Assembly (NCBI GenBank): GCA_030654175.1 | Contig: JAURXZ010000049.1 | Location: 92,334-156,333, forward strand | Direction of reading: 5' to 3' | Length of the DNA stretch: 64,000 bases | DNA from: Bacteroidia bacterium | GTDB taxonomy: Bacteria; Bacteroidota; Bacteroidia; 2-12-FULL-35-15 | Shown: one piece after another, positions 61,566-64,000 of the stretch | Position numbering within the stretch: the stretch's first letter is position 1 | Layout of the letters: the number at the start of each line of letters is the position of its first letter | Position numbers and translations under genes: made by a program | Notes under the pieces: model-generated | Databases searched by the model: none | Seen by the model: the letters and a program-made list of their open reading frames with translations, nothing else | What the model was told of the DNA's origin: nothing

Positions 61566-64000
61566 CTATGTTTTCTTTACCAGGGAAATGATCTTATTTA
61601 ATAAGTCTGTTTGATCAAAAGGTTTTAAAATAAAATCGTTTATTCCGGACTCTTTGAATAAATCTAAATCTGCTTTGGTAACATCAGCAGTGATGGCAAT
61701 AATCGGTATTATCGATTTTGGCGGTAGCATTTGTGTACGAATATAATGTGCGGCTTCGAATCCATCCATTTCGGGCATTTTCAGATCCATGAGAATAATA
61801 TCATAAGTGCTTTTATTTAATAATTCAATAGCTATTTTACCATTTTCAGCACTATCCACTTCAAATCCTAATTTAAGTAAGATGGTTTGTGCCAGGAGTT
61901 GATTGATCTCATTATCGTCTGCAACCAAAACATTTAAGTGTCCAATTTTTGCAAGGTCATCGGACAATAGAGGAACGTCTTTTTTTATTGAAACCACTTT
62001 TGCAGCGTCTTTTTTTAATGAGATAGTAAAAGTTACAGTAGAGCCTTTGTTCACTTCGCTATTTATTGATATTGTCCCATTCATGAGGCCAACCAATCGT
62101 CTCACAATGCTTAACCCCAGTCCTGTTCCTTCGTATTTGTAATTAGGTCCATTGTCTGCCTGAACAAATGGTTCGAAGATGGCTTCTAATTTTTCTTTTG
62201 GAATTCCAATACCTGTATCTGTTATGCTAAACTCAATAATTGCTTTTTCATTATCCTCTTCCAGTAAATTCACATTCACATTAATTTGCCCACCATTATT
62301 GGTGAATTTTTTTGAATTGTTTATCAAATTAATAAGTATTTGAGATATCCGAATAGGGTCACCAATTAATACGTTGGGAATGTTTTCATCATATTTCGAA
62401 AACATTTTCAGATCTTTTTCATCAATACGTAATTCAAAAGAAATAAGAATATCATTGATTAATTCGGATAAATTGAATACGGATTCTTCAAGTTCTATTT
62501 TGCCTTCATTAATTTTTGCCAGATCAAGAATATCATTTATCAGTACCATTAAAATGTTGCCGGAGGTTTTAATGATCTCTACCTGTTTTTTTTGTTTCGG
62601 GGGCAGGTCACTTTGCAACAGTATATTTGTAAAACCTATAATTCCATTGAGGGGAGTACGTATTTCGTGGCTCATGTTCGATAAAAAACGATCTTTTGCA
62701 CCTGCTAATTCTTCAGCTCTGTTTTTTGCAATAATAAGATCTTGTTCTATGCGTTTTTTTTCAGTGATATCCTGGGCAATTCCTAATACATATTTAGGTT
62801 TTCCGTTAGTATCTGAAATTGAAATTTTTTGTACATGAACTATTCTCTGCCCACGGAATCTTGTTTGCATAATTTGTTCCGGTATATCAATTATTTGGTT
62901 GCTTTTTAGTGCTTCCATGTCTTTGCTTGTAAAAAAGTCAGCATCAGATTTTGTAAAAAAGTCGTAGTCGTTTTTATTTATTAATTCATTTCTGCTGATA
63001 CCGATTAATTCTTCTGCAGCTTTATTAACTTTAATATATCGAAACTCTTCCGCATCTTTTGCGTAGATCGCAATAGGGATATTTTCGATGATGTTTGTTA
63101 TAAATTTCTCATTTTCTTTCAAAATGTTTTCTGCATTTATACGTTCTGTAATATCACGGGCTACGCCCATAACGGAAGTTGTATTTCCACTGCTATCTTT
63201 AAGAGCAACCAAATTGGTTCCAAGAAATTTTAAATCCCCACCAAGTATAGTACGATCCTCAACATAAGCAGACTGACCACTTTTGAAAACTTTTTGAATG
63301 TTTTCCCATTGGCGGTCAGTTATTTCAGGTGGGAATAGGTCTGCCATTTGTTTTCCAACCAAAGCATCAGATGCTTTTCCGAATTGCCTGGCAGCGAAAT
63401 CATTTAAATAATCAATTGTTCCTTTTGGACTGATTATATAAATTATGTCTTCACTGGCTTCAGCCAGAGTCCGATATCGTAATTCGCTTAGACGAAGGAT
63501 TTCCTCCTCTTTTTTTCTTAATGTAATATCCTGAATAGTTCCTCTTAACCCTATTATTTTTCCCTGCTCATTTTTAATAGCGTGTCCAATACCTATGACG
63601 TATTTTATATTTTTATTACTGCATACTACTCTATGCACAAAATTAAACCCTTCCCCAAATTCAATTGCATTTTTTACAAATGTATCAAGCATAGTAATAT
63701 CATCAGGATGAATTTTTCTTCTATATGCTTTAAAAAGCATATCAGAAGGCGTCCCCTCTAATTCAGAAATTTGATAAAGCTCTTTGGACCAGGTTGACTC
63801 CAATGTAGCGAAGATAAATTCCCAGCTGCCGATTTTGGCAAGTTGCTGGGCGTCATTGAGCTGTTTTTCATTTTTGATGAGAAGCTCTTCAACTTGTTTG
63901 CGTTCTGAAATATCGCGTGTATTTATCGTCAATCCAATAATCTTTCCTTCATTGTCATAAGTGAAATTACCAGCTGATTCCACCCAGCAATAAGTGCCAT
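61566..64000 (-). CDS. Hybrid sensor histidine kinase (multiple PAS domains, HisKA, HATPase_c, C-terminal REC); N-terminus runs past the window edge
   Basis: H-box SHEIRTPLNGI. N/G1/G2 boxes (LINNSKKFT, DTGIGIP, GTGLGLSIV). Receiver Asp DIILMDLKMPEMDG. The frame is open to position 64000. Confidence 0.9.
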   Translation of the reverse strand, partial: GTYCWVESAGNFTYDNEGKIIGLTINTRDISERKQVEELLIKNEKQLNDAQQLAKIGSWEFIFATLESTWSKELYQISELEGTPSDMLFKAYRRKIHPDDITMLDTFVKNAIEFGEGFNFVHRVVCSNKNIKYVIGIGHAIKNEQGKIIGLRGTIQDITLRKKEEEILRLSELRYRTLAEASEDIIYIISPKGTIDYLNDFAARQFGKASDALVGKQMADLFPPEITDRQWENIQKVFKSGQSAYVEDRTILGGDLKFLGTNLVALKDSSGNTTSVMGVARDITERINAENILKENEKFITNIIENIPIAIYAKDAEEFRYIKVNKAAEELIGISRNELINKNDYDFFTKSDADFFTSKDMEALKSNQIIDIPEQIMQTRFRGQRIVHVQKISISDTNGKPKYVLGIAQDITEKKRIEQDLIIAKNRAEELAGAKDRFLSNMSHEIRTPLNGIIGFTNILLQSDLPPKQKKQVEIIKTSGNILMVLINDILDLAKINEGKIELEESVFNLSELINDILISFELRIDEKDLKMFSKYDENIPNVLIGDPIRISQILINLINNSKKFTNNGGQINVNVNLLEEDNEKAIIEFSITDTGIGIPKEKLEAIFEPFVQADNGPNYKYEGTGLGLSIVRRLVGLMNGTISINSEVNKGSTVTFTISLKKDAAKVVSIKKDVPLLSDDLAKIGHLNVLVADDNEINQLLAQTILLKLGFEVDSAENGKIAIELLNKSTYDIILMDLKMPEMDGFEAAHYIRTQMLPPKSIIPIIAITADVTKADLDLFKESGINDFILKPFDQTDLLNKIISLVKKT

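Overview
This 64 kb window is low-GC and looks like Bacteroidota (Sphingobacteriia/Chitinophagia-like). Supporting signs are the T9SS C-terminal sorting domain, the S3 and S12 C-terminal extensions, A/C-rich leaders with no Shine-Dalgarno, and the gene order. The first 8 kb is housekeeping: an XRE-HTH/S24 LexA-like repressor, bcp and recA, then a TPR lipoprotein, a cold-shock protein, tig, clpP and clpX. Positions 8.6-25.1 kb are accessory-like. They hold a 1022-aa multidomain ABC half-transporter, a GIN-domain/beta-barrel outer membrane protein divergent from an ECF sigma/anti-sigma pair, two tandem paralogous 7TMR-DISM receptors with PP2C/SpoIIE phosphatase domains, and a 1439-aa repeat-rich T9SS cargo protein. 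Positions 25-39 kb hold transporters (NhaD-like, two APC permeases), a ComEA-like protein, apt, dapA, a GT4 glycosyltransferase, dapD, ruvX, def, cdaA and carA. Positions 39.3-59.2 kb are the complete alpha/spc/S10/str ribosomal-protein super-operon on the minus strand, running rplQ to rpsL. I recovered rpmJ and rpmD by hand because both fall under the 60-aa ORF cutoff. Positions 59.7-64.0 kb hold a multistep phosphorelay: a LytTR response regulator, two tandem HPt proteins and a PAS-rich hybrid histidine kinase truncated at the window edge. The most unusual signal is a dispersed intergenic element of about 100 nt, present five times in both orientations, with conserved single-stranded blocks and variable hairpins that show compensatory changes. 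It behaves like a structured-RNA or REP-like family. Other notable signals are three TGTGAC-N18-GTTACA sites in the ECF-sigma divergent promoter region, a perfect 28-bp inverted repeat between clpP and clpX, tandem 20-mers upstream of the LexA-like gene, and AT-rich micro-tandem repeats filling the ribosomal-protein operon spacers. I found no CRISPR array, transposase, integrase, tRNA or rRNA.
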